Shown: positions 23,959 to 37,604 of the stretch, piece by piece | How positions within the stretch are numbered: position 1 is the first letter of the stretch | Layout: each line of letters begins with the position of its first letter | Assembly: GCF_963921235.1 (NCBI RefSeq) | Contig: NC_086097.1 | Span: forward strand, 250,296,001-250,360,000 | Direction: 5' to 3' | DNA: 64,000 bases | Source: Mobula hypostoma | Taxonomy: Eukaryota | Program-made: the position numbers and the translations under genes | Notes under the pieces: generated by a model | The model's database searches: none | Told to the model about the DNA's origin: nothing | What the model saw: the letters and a program-made list of their open reading frames with translations, nothing else

Positions 23959-25005
23959 ACACTATGCCCCTAGTATTAGCCATTTCTGCCTTGGAACAAA
24001 TCTCTCGCTTCACTCAATCTATGCCTCTTATCATCTTGTACACCTCTATCAAATCACCCCTCATCCTCCTCCACTCCAAAGAGAAAAGCCCTAGCTCACT
24101 CAACCATTCCTCAAAAGATGTGCTCTCTAATCCAGACAGCATACTGGTGTACCCTCTGACCTATATCGTTCCTATAGTGAGGCGGCCAGAAGTGAATGCA
24201 ATATTCCAAGTGTGGCCTAACCAGGGTTTTATAGAGCCGTGACGTTACCTCACAGCTCTTGAACTCAATCCACTGACTAATGAAGGCCAGAGAGAAGTTG
24301 TTCTTAATGAAGGCATCTATTGTCCTTCATGTTTTACTGCAACTGTTATCTATGTACAAACAAGCTCTGGGTTAAGATGCAAGCAGTTTGGTGTCTTTTA
24401 AATGTTAATTTTCTAAAGAACAGTAAGTCATGTTTTTTTGGGGTGGGGGTACAGTTTATGGGTTGGTCCTAATTAAATGAGTCAGACCTGGAACAATGTC
24501 CAGTCTAATCTAAGTAGACTACTCAGTTACCAGAATTAGTATGGAACAAGAAAGGAAAGAGAGTCAAACAAGAAAAGTTGCATCTAAATTCAGTCTATTG
24601 AGATTAAATCCTTGTCTTGGTTTTAAACAGCGGGCAAATAATTACTGATGCTTGTAAATTCTAAAATTAAACATCTTGTATAGTCCAGTTTGACAAATCA
24701 AGTATAAAGCATGCTGTTTTCTGCATCCTAAACAACCTCACCATTATTGAGCTGAGAGGAGATTTGATAGAGGTATACAAAATTATGAGGGGTATAGATA
24801 GGGTACGTGCAAGCAGGCTTTTTCCTCTGAGATTGGATGAGACTAGAACTAGAGGTCTAGTAAATAAATTGGGTTTTCATTCTGCAGTGCAGAAATAGAA
24901 GTGTTATATCTGCTATGGCTCAATTGGCTTTTCAGGGTCACAATTCTTCCACTAAAGTTAAGAGATTAGATAAGGACACACATAGGATTTCACCTTTATA
25001 TATTC

Positions 25006-25582
25006 TGTGGCCACATTATTAGGTACACCTGTACATTTCGTTAAAGTAATTGGCCAATCATGTTCTGCACTCAATGCATAAAAACATGCAGACATGGTCA
25101 AGAGGTTCAGTTGTTGTTCAGACCAAACAGCAGAGTGGGGAGGAAGTGTGATCTAAGTGTCTTTGACCATGGAATAATTGATGGTGCCAGTCAGGGAGGT
25201 TTGAGTATCTCAGAAACAGCTGCTCTGGGATTTTCATGCGTAACAGTCTCCAGAGCAGGGGTTTCCAACCTTCCTTATGCTCCTACCATTAACCGAGAGG
25301 TCCGTGGACCCCAGGTTGGGAACCTCAGGGGTGGAGTTTATAGAGAATGGTGCGAAAAACAAAAAGCATCCAGTGAGCAGCAGTTCTGTGGGTGAAAATG
25401 GCTTGTTAATGAGAGAGGCCAGAGGAGAATGTCCAGACTGGTTCAAGGTGACTGTAACTGATAATCATGCATTACAATGAGTAACTCTGAATGCACAACA
25501 CATCGAATCTCAAAGTGGATGGGCTACAGCAGCAGAAGACCATGAACATACACTCAGTGGCCACCTTATTAGGTACAGGAGG
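25006..25582 (+). mobile_element. Tc1-like deleted transposon with a small hAT-type MITE inside
   Basis: GTGGCCAC.TTATTAGGTACA end motif at ~25008 and ~25557; GRKCDLS.FDHG.I.GA..GGLSISETA paired-like HTH remnant. Confidence 0.65.
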
Positions 25583-26079
25583 TTCAACTGAGTGTAGTGT
25601 TTGGTTTTCAAGTTGAAAATTTTCCCTATGAAGTAAGTTTGTTTTTTATACAGAGTAGTGAGTACATGGATTACCCTGCCTGGGTTGGCGGTAGAGGCAG
25701 AAATATTAGGGGCATTTAAGAAACCTTTAGATAGGTACACGGATGATAGAAAAATAGAGGGCTATGTAGGAATGATGGGGTAGATTGATCTTAGAGTAGG
25801 TTAAAATGTTGGCACAGCATTGTGGACTGAGGAGTGTGTACTGTGCTATGCACAGGCCTTCAGATCATCAAATATACAAACGCTTGTAAATAAGTAGTAC
25901 TACTTTGCAATAGAACTAAGGAAGTAAAATATACTAAGTTATTCAAATGAGCATCTTGTTGTACTGTCCGTTACTCTTTGTGGCCCAGATATGCACTGTA
26001 TCTCTCAGGTTATGGAATCTGGACATTGTGAAGTGAATAAGTTCACGTATGGCAAAAAAAACCTGAATGTCTTTTTCTT

Positions 26080-28960
26080 TTGCAACACACACAAAATGTT
26101 GGAGGAACTCAGCAGGCCAGGAAAAGAGTACATTCAACATTTTGGGCCAAGACCCTTCATCGGGACTGGAGGGAAAAAAAGATGAGGTCAGAGTAAGAAG
26201 GTGGGGGAGGGGAGGAAGAAATACAAGGTTGTCTGTCTGTCCAGGTCCCATATCCGATATGGACTTTGGTGACCATGGTTTTCTATACAGATCTATCCCT
26301 CGTTCTTTGGATGACTTCCATTTCCTCGATGTGTCGCCACCTGGCTATGCTTTTGATGTACATAAGCCGAGGTCTTCCTCTAGGTTTGCTCCCCTCGATC
26401 TTTCCAGAGACTGAGTTTTTCTAGTTCATCTTTCCGCATGATGTGTCCGAGGAATCTGAGTTGTTTTTCTCTTATTGTTGAATTGCTTGTAATTCGAACT
26501 GCTTGGGCTCTTCTCAGAACTTCTTCATTTGATGTGTGTGTGGTCCATGATATTTTTAACATTCTCCTGTAGAACCATAATTCAGATGCTTCTAGTCTCT
26601 TTTCCATTGCTGGAGAAATGGTCCAGCATTCACTTCCATAAGTCAAGATAGAATAAATGTAGCACTGCAGTATTCCATTTTTTGTGTACGTGCTCATCTT
26701 TCTGTCTGTTAATATGGTCTTCATTATTTGGAAAGCTTCTTTCGCCATTGCTATTCTGTATTTGACATCTGTGTCGCACCCGCCATCACTTGTTATTAGG
26801 CTGCCAAGATATTTGTATTTGTTGACTTGTTTGATGTTTGTATTTCCGATCTTGATCACACATTGTGGGATGTTTATCTTTCTGGAGATGACCATGCTTT
26901 CTGTCTTCTTGGTATTGATTGAGAAGCCTCTGCGATTACTTTCTGCTGCCACTATAGTGAGTAGTTCTTGAAGTTTCGTTAATGAGTCGGCTATTAGTAC
27001 GATGTCATGATAGGAGAGGATGGAAGAGGGAGGTAATGGGCAGGCAAGGAGATAAGGTGAGAGAGGAAAATGGGAACGGAGAACGGTGGGCAGGAGGCTA
27101 TCACCGGAAGTTCGAGGAGACCGATGTTCATGTCATCAAGGTTGGAAGCTACCCAGACAGAATATAAGGTGTTGCTCCTTCAACCTGACTGTGGCCTCAT
27201 TGAGATAGCGGAGGAGCCCATGGGCTGACATGTTGGAATGGGAAGTGGAAGTGGAATTAAAATGGGCGGCCATCGGGAGATCCCGCTTTATTTCTGGCCA
27301 AGGTGATCGGCGAAGCGGTCTCCCAATCACCGATGTACAGGAGGCCACACCGGGAGCACTGGACACAGTATATGACCCCAACAGACTCACAGGTGAAGTG
27401 CCACCTCAGCTTGAAGGACTGGGGTCCTGACTGGTACTGGAGGAGGAGGTGTGGGGGCAGGTGTAGCACTTGTTCCGCTTGCAAGGATAAGTGCCAGGAG
27501 GGAGATCAGTGGGGAGGGACGAATGGACAGGGGTGTCACGTAGGGAGCGATCCCTGCCGAAAGCAGAAAGTGAGGGGAGAGAAAGATGTGCTTGGTGGTG
27601 GAAGTTGGAGACAAAGTTGAAGAAGTCAATGAATTCCGTATCATTGGTGCAGGAAGCAGCGCCAATGAAGTTGTTGATGTAATGTAGGAAAAATGGCATG
27701 GGGGGGTGATGATGCCAGTGTAGGCTTGGAACCTAGACTGTTCCATGTAGCCGACAAAAAGGCAGGCATAGCTGGGACCCACGCGAGTACCCATGGCTAC
27801 CCCTTCTGTTTGAAAGAAGTGGGAGCGGCCAAAGGAGAAATTATTGAGAGTGAGGACAAGTTCCGCTAGACGGAGGAGAGTGGTGGTGGAGGGGATCTGG
27901 TTGGGTCTGGTGTCCAGAAAGAATGGAGAGCTTTGAGATCTTCCTGTTGGGGGTGGAGGTGTATAGGGTCTGGACATCCATAGTGAAAACAAGATGATCA
28001 GGACTAGAAAACCTGAAATCATTGAAAGATCAAGAGTGTGTGAAGTGTCGTGGACGTAGGTAGGAAGGGCCGGAACCGGGCAGATGAAACTGAGTAGAGA
28101 TATGCAGAGATGAGTTCAGTGGGGCAGGAACAATGGGTCTACCTGGACAGGCAGGTTTGTGGATGTAGGGGAAGAGGTGGAAATGGGAGATACAAGATGA
28201 GGAAACTATGAGGTTGGTGACAGAGAATGGGAGATCTCCAGAGTTAACAAGGTTGGCGATCATGTGGGAGACAATGGCCCGGTGCTCCTTAGTGGGATCC
28301 TGTGCAGGGGGGTGAGGGTAAGTAAGAAGAGGTGTCTGAGAGTTGTCGCTGGGCCTCAGCAAAGTAGAGGTTAGTCCACCAGCCTACTACAGCACCTCCC
28401 ATATCTGTGAGTATTGGCGCATGGCCAAGTGGTTAAGGTGTTGGGCTAGTTCGAGCCTCAGCTGAGGCAGTGTGTTGTGTCCTTGAGCAAGGCACTTAAC
28501 CACACATTGCTCTGTGACGACACTGGTGCCAAGCTGTATGCCCTTCCCTTGGACAGCGTTGGTGGCGTGGAGAGGGGAGACTTGCAGCATGGGCAACTGC
28601 AGGTCTTCCATACAACCTTGCCCAGGCCTGCGCCCTGGAAACCTTCAAAGGCGCAAATCCATGGTCTCACGAGGCTAACGGATTGACTCACAAATTGACT
28701 AACGCCTATTGATGCTGAGGCTAGGATTAATGCGGAGAGTGTCTGGAAGGAGTGAGGCTGGAATTGGAGAAAGAAGTGGTAAAGTCAAAACGGTTGATGT
28801 CCCATCGGCAGCTGGCAATGAAAAGGTCTAGAGCAGGCAGAAGATCAGAGTGGGGTGTCCAGGAAGAGGAGGAGGGTTGAAAGTGGGAGAAGGGGTCATC
28901 GGTGTGGGGTGGAGAGTCCTTGCCAAAAAAGTAGGCACAGAGACAGAGGCTCTTGTTTGT
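26080..28960 (-). mobile_element. Degenerate Penelope-like element (RT plus GIY-YIG) with nested RTE fragment and tRNA-SINE
   Basis: IHKPACPGRPIV, LVLTLNNFSF..QTEGVAMGTRVGPSYACLF, FTCESVGVIYCVQCSRCGLLYIG; decayed hammerhead end at ~26130-26168. Confidence 0.85.
26228..26978 (-). mobile_element. RTE-clade LINE 3' fragment
   Basis: ORF 26380-26952: INTKKTESM, YKYLGSLITSDG, YSILTYGSECW, FYRRMLKISW, QLRFLGHIMRK. Confidence 0.8.
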
Positions 28961-31477
28961 CTTTTTCTTTTACTGTCTGTAGATTTCCTTCTGCTGTACA
29001 ATATCTATAGCTGTTGCAATTAAAGTTACATGAATTGCAAAGGAGCAATTATCATTAGTATTATCATTATTCAGCCTTAATACAAGGGCAGAGATGAATT
29101 TCTTTAGGCAGGTGGTGGTGAAACTGTGGAATTCATTTCTAAGAAATCTGTGGAGGCCAAATCATTGAGTATATTTAAAGCGGAGGTTGCTAAATTCTTG
29201 ATTGTTAAGGGCATTATGGGGAGAAGACAGGAGAATGGAATTGAGTGGGATAATAAATCAGCCATGATGGAATGGTGGAGCAGACTTGATGGGCCAAATA
29301 GCCTAATTCTGCTCTTATGTCTTACGGTCCTTATTAAAATGAAGTTGCTGGGTAATTTTAACAATACATTTAAAATAAGATAACAGATTGCTGCTTCTTC
29401 CACGTTCTGCACTGAAGTGATTTTCAGCTGAACTGGAAAGATCCTTGTACAATATGTAGGTACTTGTAAAACACAAAATGCTGGAGGAACTCTGCAGTCC
29501 AGGCAGCATCCATGGAAAAGAGTAAAACAGTCAACGTTTCAGGCCGAGACCCTCCAGCATTTTGTGTGTGTTGCTTGGATTTCCAGCATCTGCAGATTTT
29601 CTCTTGTTTGTGCTGTAGATTCTTGCAAATGGATTGCCCTGCCTGTTGCAGAAGGTGACTTGTGGTGATGTGAGCAATAAAACTATAGCAACAAGTAAAC
29701 TTAACGGGGACAAAAACCTTGATCAACTCTGCAAACATTGTAAAATTTTGCATGGTTTTAGGTCGCGTTTATAACTTAAATAGTGCTAAACAGTTTCTAC
29801 TGACAGGAGAAGGGGAAAAGGTGGGTTACCGGTCTGGGCCGATAGGGCTGATCAGCTGTAGTTGGCAGCTCATCTAGGAGAAGGGAAGCTCTGATCTCAA
29901 ACCTCTGCTCATGGGGGAGGCTTTGGGAGTAAACCCATGATAAAATCTGGAGTTGGAGTCCCTAAGGCAGTCCTATGCTGAGTTTATCGCTGACTGGCAA
30001 CTCCTGCGATGCCGCTGGTGATAAAATGTATCGGTCTCTGTCGTTCCTTTGGATTCATCAGCTGTGTGGAGCAGAGGAGCCTGGTGCTTGGGCCACAGCT
30101 TGCTTTCCACGTTGTACTGCCAGGGCTTGTGTTTCATGTAGACATCTAGGCCACAACATCCGTGGTTGGCCCTGACCAAGCACGGACCGAAGAGCTTAAA
30201 TATTAAAGCATGGTCATGGAGTTCTGATGACGCAGGTGCCCCCGGTTTCACATTTTTTTTCCATGGATTTGGTCCCGACCTTTGAACGAGTGATGAGAGC
30301 TGTGATCATTTCACACAAAATTTCCACCTCCCCCCTCCTCTTACTGGAAACCAGTGTTGTTGACACTGCAAGCCTTCCTGCAGCCCAGCCGAGCACAATC
30401 AGAGAGCCAGATCTGTGCAACTCCAGGACTCGAAAACTCAACCTTGTGGCCAGCGGGGAATTGACCTACCAGTTACTCGATCAATCATTGTCCTTCGGAG
30501 GACTGAAGGTTAATGCCACTCTGTGCTTTGCTCGTGGTGTGGGCATTCCTGATCGCTCGCAAGACTCCACAGTTTTGCTCAATGATCTGCAAGGGAGATT
30601 CGGCCCAGTAATTAAAAAGCTGAGTTTAACACTGAAAGAAATAATATTTATAACAACACACACAAAATAATGGAGGAGCTCAGCAAGTCAGCCAGCATCC
30701 ACAGAGAGGAATGAATAGACGACTTTTTGGGCTGAGAGGAAAGGGGTCGGGGAGAAACCTTTCCCACATTAGATTTCACATGAGAGCCTCTCAGGCACAG
30801 TCCGGGCGCAGACACAGCAGCAACCATACTGATTTGTTACTCATGTTCTGGCAACAACAACGACTTCCTTCAGATGCCAGGAAGTTGACATTTCCTCCTC
30901 ACACCTCCTAAACATTTGCGGTTTGACCAGTTGCACTTAAGTTTTAGGTCACAACTTTGATCGTCCTGCTGATGAATGAACGTTGGCTGTCATACCTGCA
31001 TCTTATAGAAAAAAGTTAAAGTAAGGCATGTTTAATTCCAAATGATTAAACATTTAATTTAAATATCTTCCACCATTTCTCCATGAGAAAAAAATCAAGC
31101 AGCAAGACTCATAAACACGGGGAAATCTGCAGAAGCTGGAATTGCAAGCAACACACATAAAATTTGCTGGTGAATGCATCAGGCCAGGCAGCATCTATAG
31201 GAAGAGGTACAGTCAACGTTTCGGGCAGCATCTGAAACGTCGACTGTACCTCTTCCTATAGGTGCTGCCTGGCCTGCTGCGTTCACCAGCAATTTTTAAG
31301 CAGGACTCATAATCTTTTTCCAAAGATTAAAGTTATCTTTATTCATCACATGTACATCAAAACATCAGGGGCATATAGCAGGCAAGAGAAAATCTACTGA
31401 TGCTGGAAATCAAAGCAGAACGCACAAATTGCTGGAGGGATTCAGCAGGCCAGGCAGCATCTATGGAAAAGAGTAAA

Positions 31478-31515
31478 CAGTCGACGTTTCGGGCCGAGAC
31501 CCTTCATCAGGACTG
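31478..31515 (-). ncRNA. Minimal type-I hammerhead ribozyme motif
   Basis: Minus strand CAGTC-CTGATGA-AGGGTCTCGGCCC-GAAA-CGTC-GACTG; perfect 5-bp stem I, stem II GGGU/GCCC. Confidence 0.8.
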
Positions 31516-32654
31516 AAAAAATAGATGAGGAGTCAGAGTAAGAAAGTGGGGGGGGAAGTGATAGATAAAACCGGGGGGGGGGGGGGGAATGAAGTAAAGA
31601 GCTGGGAAGTTGATTGGTGAACGATACAAGGCTGGAGAAGGGGGGATCTAATAGGAGAGGACAAAGGCCATGGAAGAAAGAAAAGAGGGAGGAGCACCAG
31701 AGAGAGGTGATAGGCAGGTAGGGAGATAAGGTGAGGGAGGGAATGGAGAATGGTGAAGGGGGGGCATTTGAGAACCCGATGTTCATGCCATCAGGTTGGA
31801 GGCAAATAGCAGATACATTAGGGGCATTAGAGAAGCACGTGGGTGATGGAAAACTGGAGGCTATGTGGGAGTGACGGGTCAGAGTAGGTTGTAAGACTGG
31901 CACATCACAGACTGAAGCATCAGTACTGTGGTCCAATGTTCTATGTTCCAATAAGCATCGAATTACACAGTGTCAATGACCAACACAAATGTCGCCACGC
32001 TTCTAATGCCTGTCCACACTCACTAACCCTAAACCGACACTACGTCTTTGGACAGTGAGAGGAAACTGGAATACCTGGAGGAAGCCTATGTGATCACAGG
32101 GAGAACATCCAGACTCCTTACAGACAGTGGCAGGAAGTGAACCCCTGGGTCACCGGCACTGTAAAAGCCAACTTCTATGTTACCAAGCTGCAAACAAGGA
32201 TTTACTTCTACTTTCAAAACACCAAAGTTATTTATGGAGCACTGGTTGTTGGGTGATGCCCAGAGGCTCCAAATCGCAATTGCCTTTGCACTATTGACAC
32301 ACCTTGGCACTCTTGGCTCTTCTACTCTTTGTCCACATCACAGACCTTGAGGAGGGTAAAAGGTGAGGCTGACAGAGTCCACACATATAACTTTTGGTGC
32401 CACGGCAGCGTTGTTGTTAACGTGATGGTATTACAGCTCGGGGCATCGGAGTTCAGAGTTCATTTCCAGCGCCATCTGTAAGTAAGTTTGTGACTGAGGT
32501 TTTTCTCCAGGTGCAGTGCTGTGGATTCCTTCCACAGTCCAAAGATGTACTGGTTGGTGAGTTAACCGGTCATTGCAAATTGTCCTGTGTCTAAGCTAGG
32601 GTTAAATCGGTGTGTTGCTGGGTGGTGGGCTTGAAGAGCCTGTATCTCAAAATC

Positions 32655-33400
32655 AGTGATTCCCAACAGGGGTGGTACCGCTCGCCGAGGGGCCGGTTAC
32701 ATGTCCTAAGGAAACAGAAATCCTCGGGGGTGGCAAGTTTCTTGGGGGGAGGCAGTAAGTGGCACCCTAACTTGAGGCACGAGACCTGACCGATCGTTAG
32801 TAGGCAATCTCGTCCGATTTTACCAACCAAACTCAAATTACTGGGGATAAATAAATTAGCAACCAGGGTGCCCAACAGTTCCCCTTCACTCGTGGCACGG
32901 AACGAGTTCATGCAATTTAACAGTTGGTAAGTCAAGTACACCCTCTCAACCTTCTCTACAGATCTACGGAAAACAGGTTGTGCGACGATACAGCGCTGGC
33001 CGGAACCAAATGGTGAAAAAGAGCGAATCAGTGAACTGTCGACCCTGAGGATTCCTCGAGATGTTCAAAGCGACCTCGGCTTCGTATGTGCGTCCAAGAA
33101 CCACCTTTGGGGATTATGAGACCTTACACGAGTGGTCAATTGTACTACACTGAAATGCATTGGCTGTCAAAAGGCTGGGGCATAAAATATTTCTTTGATC
33201 TTTTTGACACTGTGGTTGAATTCTTGTTAAAAATCGACATGAGGTTGGGAAACAAGATTGAACTTCTACGTGGAGATATGGCATACCAAGCCGATCTATA
33301 TGACGAAATGAAAATTCTAAATATGAAACTGCAGGCTGAGAATTTCAATTTAATCCAGGTAAAAAGAATCATTTTTCTCATGTTACTATGTGGTTAGTAT
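32655..33400 (+). mobile_element. hAT (Charlie/Buster-like) transposase remnant
   Basis: LYYTEMHWLSKG (compare HTEVRWLSRG) ... MAYQADLY..MKILNMKLQ; begins with a CAGTGATTCCCAAC end. Confidence 0.7.
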
Positions 33401-33654
33401 ACATGTGCATCCTTGGTGCACAAAATCATGGAAAGGAACTGGACTTCAAAGGGGACTTCCTTGCTAAATCCGTCGACTTGTTCCAGTCAAAAGAGTAGCC
33501 TCAGAAGAGGAGGGGAGTTTGGTCACTGTCTGTCAAGGTCACTGTGGCCTTTAGGCATTGGGATAGTCTGTGGTGGAGTGAATATTATTTCCAGTGTGTT
33601 TGAGTTTGTGGCCGCTACTGCAGTAAGAAGGAAATAATCACCTCGCTTCAAAGT

Positions 33655-34302
33655 GCACTCACAACACGCCAGAGGATCTCAGCAGGTCGGGCAGCATCCA
33701 TGGAAACGATGAGTCGACGTTTCGGGCCGGAACCCTTCGTCAGGACTGTAGGGGGAAGGGGCAGAGGCACTATAAAGAAGGTGGGGGGAGGGTGGGAAGG
33801 AGAAGGCTGGTAGGTTCCAGGTGAAAAACCAGTAAGGGGAAAGATAAAGGGGTGGGGAAGGGGAAGCAGGGAGGTGATAGGCAGGAAAGGTGAAGGAGGA
33901 ATAGGGGAAAACACAATGGGTAGTAGAAGGAGGTGGAACCATGAGGGAGGTGATAGGCAGCTAGGGGAGGGGGCAGAGTGGCACAGGGATAGGGGAAGGG
34001 AGGGGGAGGGAATTACTGGAAGTTGCAGAATTCTATGTTCATACCAAGGGGCTGGAGACTACCTAGACGGTATATGAGGTGTTGCTCCTCCAACCTGAGT
34101 TTAGCCTCATCATGGCAGTAGAGGAGGCCATGTATGGACATATCTGAATGGGAGTGGGAAGCAGAGTTGAAGTGGGTGGCAACCGGGAGATCCTGTCTGT
34201 TGTGGCGGATGGAGCGGAGGTTCTCGACGAAGCGGTCCCCCAATCTGCGTCAGCTTTCACCAATGTAAAGGAGGCCTCACCAGGAGCACCGGATGCAATA
34301 GA
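33655..34302 (-). mobile_element. Penelope-like element 3' part (GIY-YIG endonuclease plus pLTR)
   Basis: GLLYIGES..RLGDRFVENLRSIRHNRQDLPVATHFNSASHSHSDM...RLEEQHLIYRLGSLQPLGMN, then a pyrimidine-rich tract and the hammerhead. Confidence 0.85.
33712..33747 (-). ncRNA. Minimal type-I hammerhead ribozyme motif at the 3' end of a Penelope element
   Basis: Minus strand AGTC-CTGACGA-AGGGTTCCGGCCC-GAAA-CGTC-GACT, ~270 nt downstream of a GIY-YIG coding segment. Confidence 0.8.
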
Positions 34303-34474
34303 ATGCTTCACATTGACCTTAGAATAGGTTCAAAAGTTGGCATGATGTCATGAGTTGCACTGCTGGGCTGCGCTGCTCTATATTCTACAATAATAATTTC
34401 TAAATTTTGTAATGTTTAATGTTGCATTTTGATTTAAACTTAAATATTTAAAATGATAAATTATTTAAAAATAC

Positions 34475-35187
34475 TGTAACACCCTGGTAAAGGTTTTGCT
34501 GCTAATGCTGTAGGGTATTTCACCTAATGGTCCTTCTGTAGGAGCAGTGTTTGGGTTAGTGTGGGAGATAAGGGATGCTTAGGAATGTGCGCCGCCCAAT
34601 CACGAGGGTGGAACGGGGAGAAGGTTCTGGAGAAGGCTGGGGGCCGGAGCGATCTTGTGACTGACACCAGAGGTGGGTCTGTGTCTTTTTTTCCAGTGGG
34701 AGATGAAGAGAGGAGACACCAGAGAGAACCAGTCGTAGGATTTGATCCAGTGGGGAAACACGATTCAGTGGAGCCCGGTGTGGACGTCTGCTGAAGATTG
34801 CTGAATATAGCTTTTGGAAGATCTGTGCTCCAACCTGTGCACACTTGACTATTTAATTTAAATGGGCCCATTTGTTTCTTTCTTTTCTTTACTAACTCTT
34901 TGGTTAAGTTAATGTCCATAAATATGCTTCTTTAGAATTGTATGCAGTGTGCAATCTGTTATTCCATGCCGACAGGCTTTTGCAGGGCAGTAAATCACTC
35001 AGCATTCACGCAAACCGGGTCTGGGTGGGTGAGACATCCCGATGCCACCGATTTGGCGGGACCAAAGTCATACACTCCCTAGAGTACGAAGCCAGAGAAA
35101 GGTGGGTTCTCGTCGCAGAATCTAGGGGCTGTTAGCAAGGGGCCAACGAGCCACATTTCCAGGGACACCCAGTAAAAGGGGGTTTCA
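34475..35187. mobile_element. Solo LTR (Gypsy-like)
   Basis: TGTAAC...GTTTCA termini; 4-bp TSD ATAC (34471-34474, 35188-35191). Confidence 0.8.
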
Positions 35188-35275
35188 ATACCAAAGCACA
35201 GATGTAAAAGATTCTGTACAATTTTAACTAACACTCATAGAAAGCTGCTTAAGCAGGAAGAAACTCACTGATGCA

Positions 35276-35300
35276 CAGCACCACCTACTGGTCTGAGTCA
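35276..35300 (-). promoter_or_regulatory. Candidate CTCF motif next to an AP-1 site
   Basis: Minus strand CCAGTAGGTGGTGCTG resembles the CTCF core; TGAGTCA at 35294-35300; sits in a short non-repeat island. Confidence 0.4.
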
Positions 35301-36139
35301 AAATTGCTTGAATCAAGATTCAAGATTTAAGATTTAAGATTCAAGTTTATTTATCATGTCTGTGTAGATCAAAACACACAGTGAAACGTGTCGTTTTCAT
35401 CAACCACCAACACACCCAAGGATGTGCTGGGCGCTGCCCGCAAGGGTCGCCACATATTCCAGCACCAACAGGGTATTCCCACATGTTCAGCAAAACAACA
35501 GCGAGCACAAGTAACAAATCTACAACAGCAAAACAAGCCCCATTCCTCATACACACACACACACACACTTCTCTAACCCCAAGACAAACTATATTCTTTA
35601 GCTTCCAGCCTCCAGCGAACTCAGACTTGGGTTTGGATTTCAATGTTCTTCCCCTGTACCAGAATCAGTTTAATATCTCCACCATATATCATGAAATTTG
35701 TTATTACCAGTCCCCTCGCCAATGAGAGCTGTGATTTCCACTGGATTGCCCAAGGTCAAGGATGTGAGATTGTTTAATCTCATTTCCAGAACGGAAGTGT
35801 AAAGGAGAACGAAATAATTGTTCCTCTGGATCTGATGCAGCGCAAAAAACACAATAAGATAAAGAGCACAATAAATATATATACATAAGATAGCTAATAT
35901 ACATAGATCGATTGTATGTTTATAAAGTAACGCCAGGCTGTTCACAAGGTGACTGGTAGGAATTAATAAATTAGTGGGTGGAGGTGTTGATCAGCCTCAC
36001 TGCTTGGGGAAAGTAACTGTTTTTGTGTCTGGTGGTCCCGGTATGACTCCCTGATGGGAGTGGGACAAACAGTCCATGAGCAGAGTGAGTGGGATCCTTC
36101 ATGATGTTACTGGCCCTTCTCCGGCACCTTTCTCTATAT

Positions 36140-36845
36140 GACAATAGACAATAGACAATAGGTGCAGAAGTAGACCATTCGGCCCTTCGAGCCTGCACCG
36201 CCATTCTGAGATCATAGTTGATCATCTACTATCAATACCCGGTTCCTGCCTTGTCCCCATAACCCTTGATTCCCCTATCCATAAGATACCTATCTAGCTC
36301 CTTCTTGAAAGCATCCAGAGAATTGGCCTCCACTGCCTTCTGAGGCAGCGCGTTCCACACCTCCACAACTCTCTGGGAGAAGGAGTTCCTCCTCAACTCT
36401 GTCCTAAATGACCTACCCCTTATTCTTAAACCATGCCCTCTGGTACTGGACTCTCCCAGCATCTGGAACATATTTCCTGCCTCTATCTTGTCCAATCTCT
36501 TAATAATCTTATATGTCTCAATCAGATCCCCCCTCAATCTCCTTAATTCCAGCGTGTACAAACCCAGTCTCTCTAACCTCTCTGCGTAAGACAGTCCGGA
36601 CATCCCAGGAATTAACCTAGTGAACCTGTGCTGCACCTCCTCCACAGCCAGGATGTCCTTCCTTAACCAAAACTGCACACAATACTCCAGGTGTTGTCTC
36701 ACCAGGGCCCTGTACAAATGCAAAAGGATTTCCTTGCTCTTGTACTCAATTCCCTTTGTAATAAAGGCCAACATTCCATTAGCCTTCTTCACTGCCTGCT
36801 GCACTTGCTCATTCACCTTCAGAGACTGATGAACAAGTACTCCTA
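36140..36845 (-). mobile_element. CR1 3' fragment
   Basis: ORF 36232-36816 is the CR1 ORF2 C-terminus; (GACAATA)n tail. Confidence 0.9.
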
Positions 36846-37145
36846 GGTCACGGGGAGAATGTACGCAACTTTACAGACAGCGGTGGGAATCGAACTCCGG
36901 TCGCTGTCGCTGATTACTGGCATTGTAAAGCGTTACACTAACCACTCACCTGTGCAGGCTGAGGTTTAGTTGTGGCCACAGCAGAAGGAAATAATGCTGC
37001 AGGTTCTTAGCCTCCGTTGGTTGAGTAGACCATGGATTCTCGAGTCCTAGCAGTCTACGTTTCATCAATGTGGAAGCCAGGGTGGTGTCAACTGTTTCCC
37101 ATGTAGCAAGCTCCCCCGTTCAACGTAGCTGAAGAATCCAAAGGA

Positions 37146-37604
37146 ATAGAAACATAGAAACATAGAAAATAGGTGCAGGAGTAGGCCATTCGGCCCTTCG
37201 AGCCTGCACCGCCATTTATTATGATCATGACTGATCATCCAACTCAGAACCCCGCCCCAGCCTTCCCTCCATACCCCCTGACCCCCATAGCCACAAGGGC
37301 CATATCTAACTCCTTCTTAAATATAGCCAATGAACTGGCCTCAACAGTTTCCTGTGGCAGAGAATTCCACAGATTCACCACTCTCTGTGTGAAGAAGTTT
37401 TTCCTAATCTCGGTCCTAAAAGGCTTCCCCTTTATCCTCAAACTGTGGCCCCTCGTTCTGGACTTCCCCAACATCGGGAACAATCTTCCTGCATCTAGCC
37501 TGTCCAATCCCTTTAGGATCTTATACATTTCAATCAGATACCCCCTCAATCTTCTAAATTCCAACGAGTACAAGCCCAGTTCATCCAGTCTTTCTTCATA
37601 TGAA
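37146..37604 (-). mobile_element. 5'-truncated copy of the young CR1 family; others at ~57861-58405, ~59783-59972 and ~63878-64000
   Basis: Near-identical to the 3' end of 17579-21525, including the (CATAGAAA)n tail. Confidence 0.9.

Noticed and set aside
30227..30670. 147-aa ORF in non-repeat sequence
   Set aside because: No recognisable domain or supporting exon structure; length is compatible with chance.
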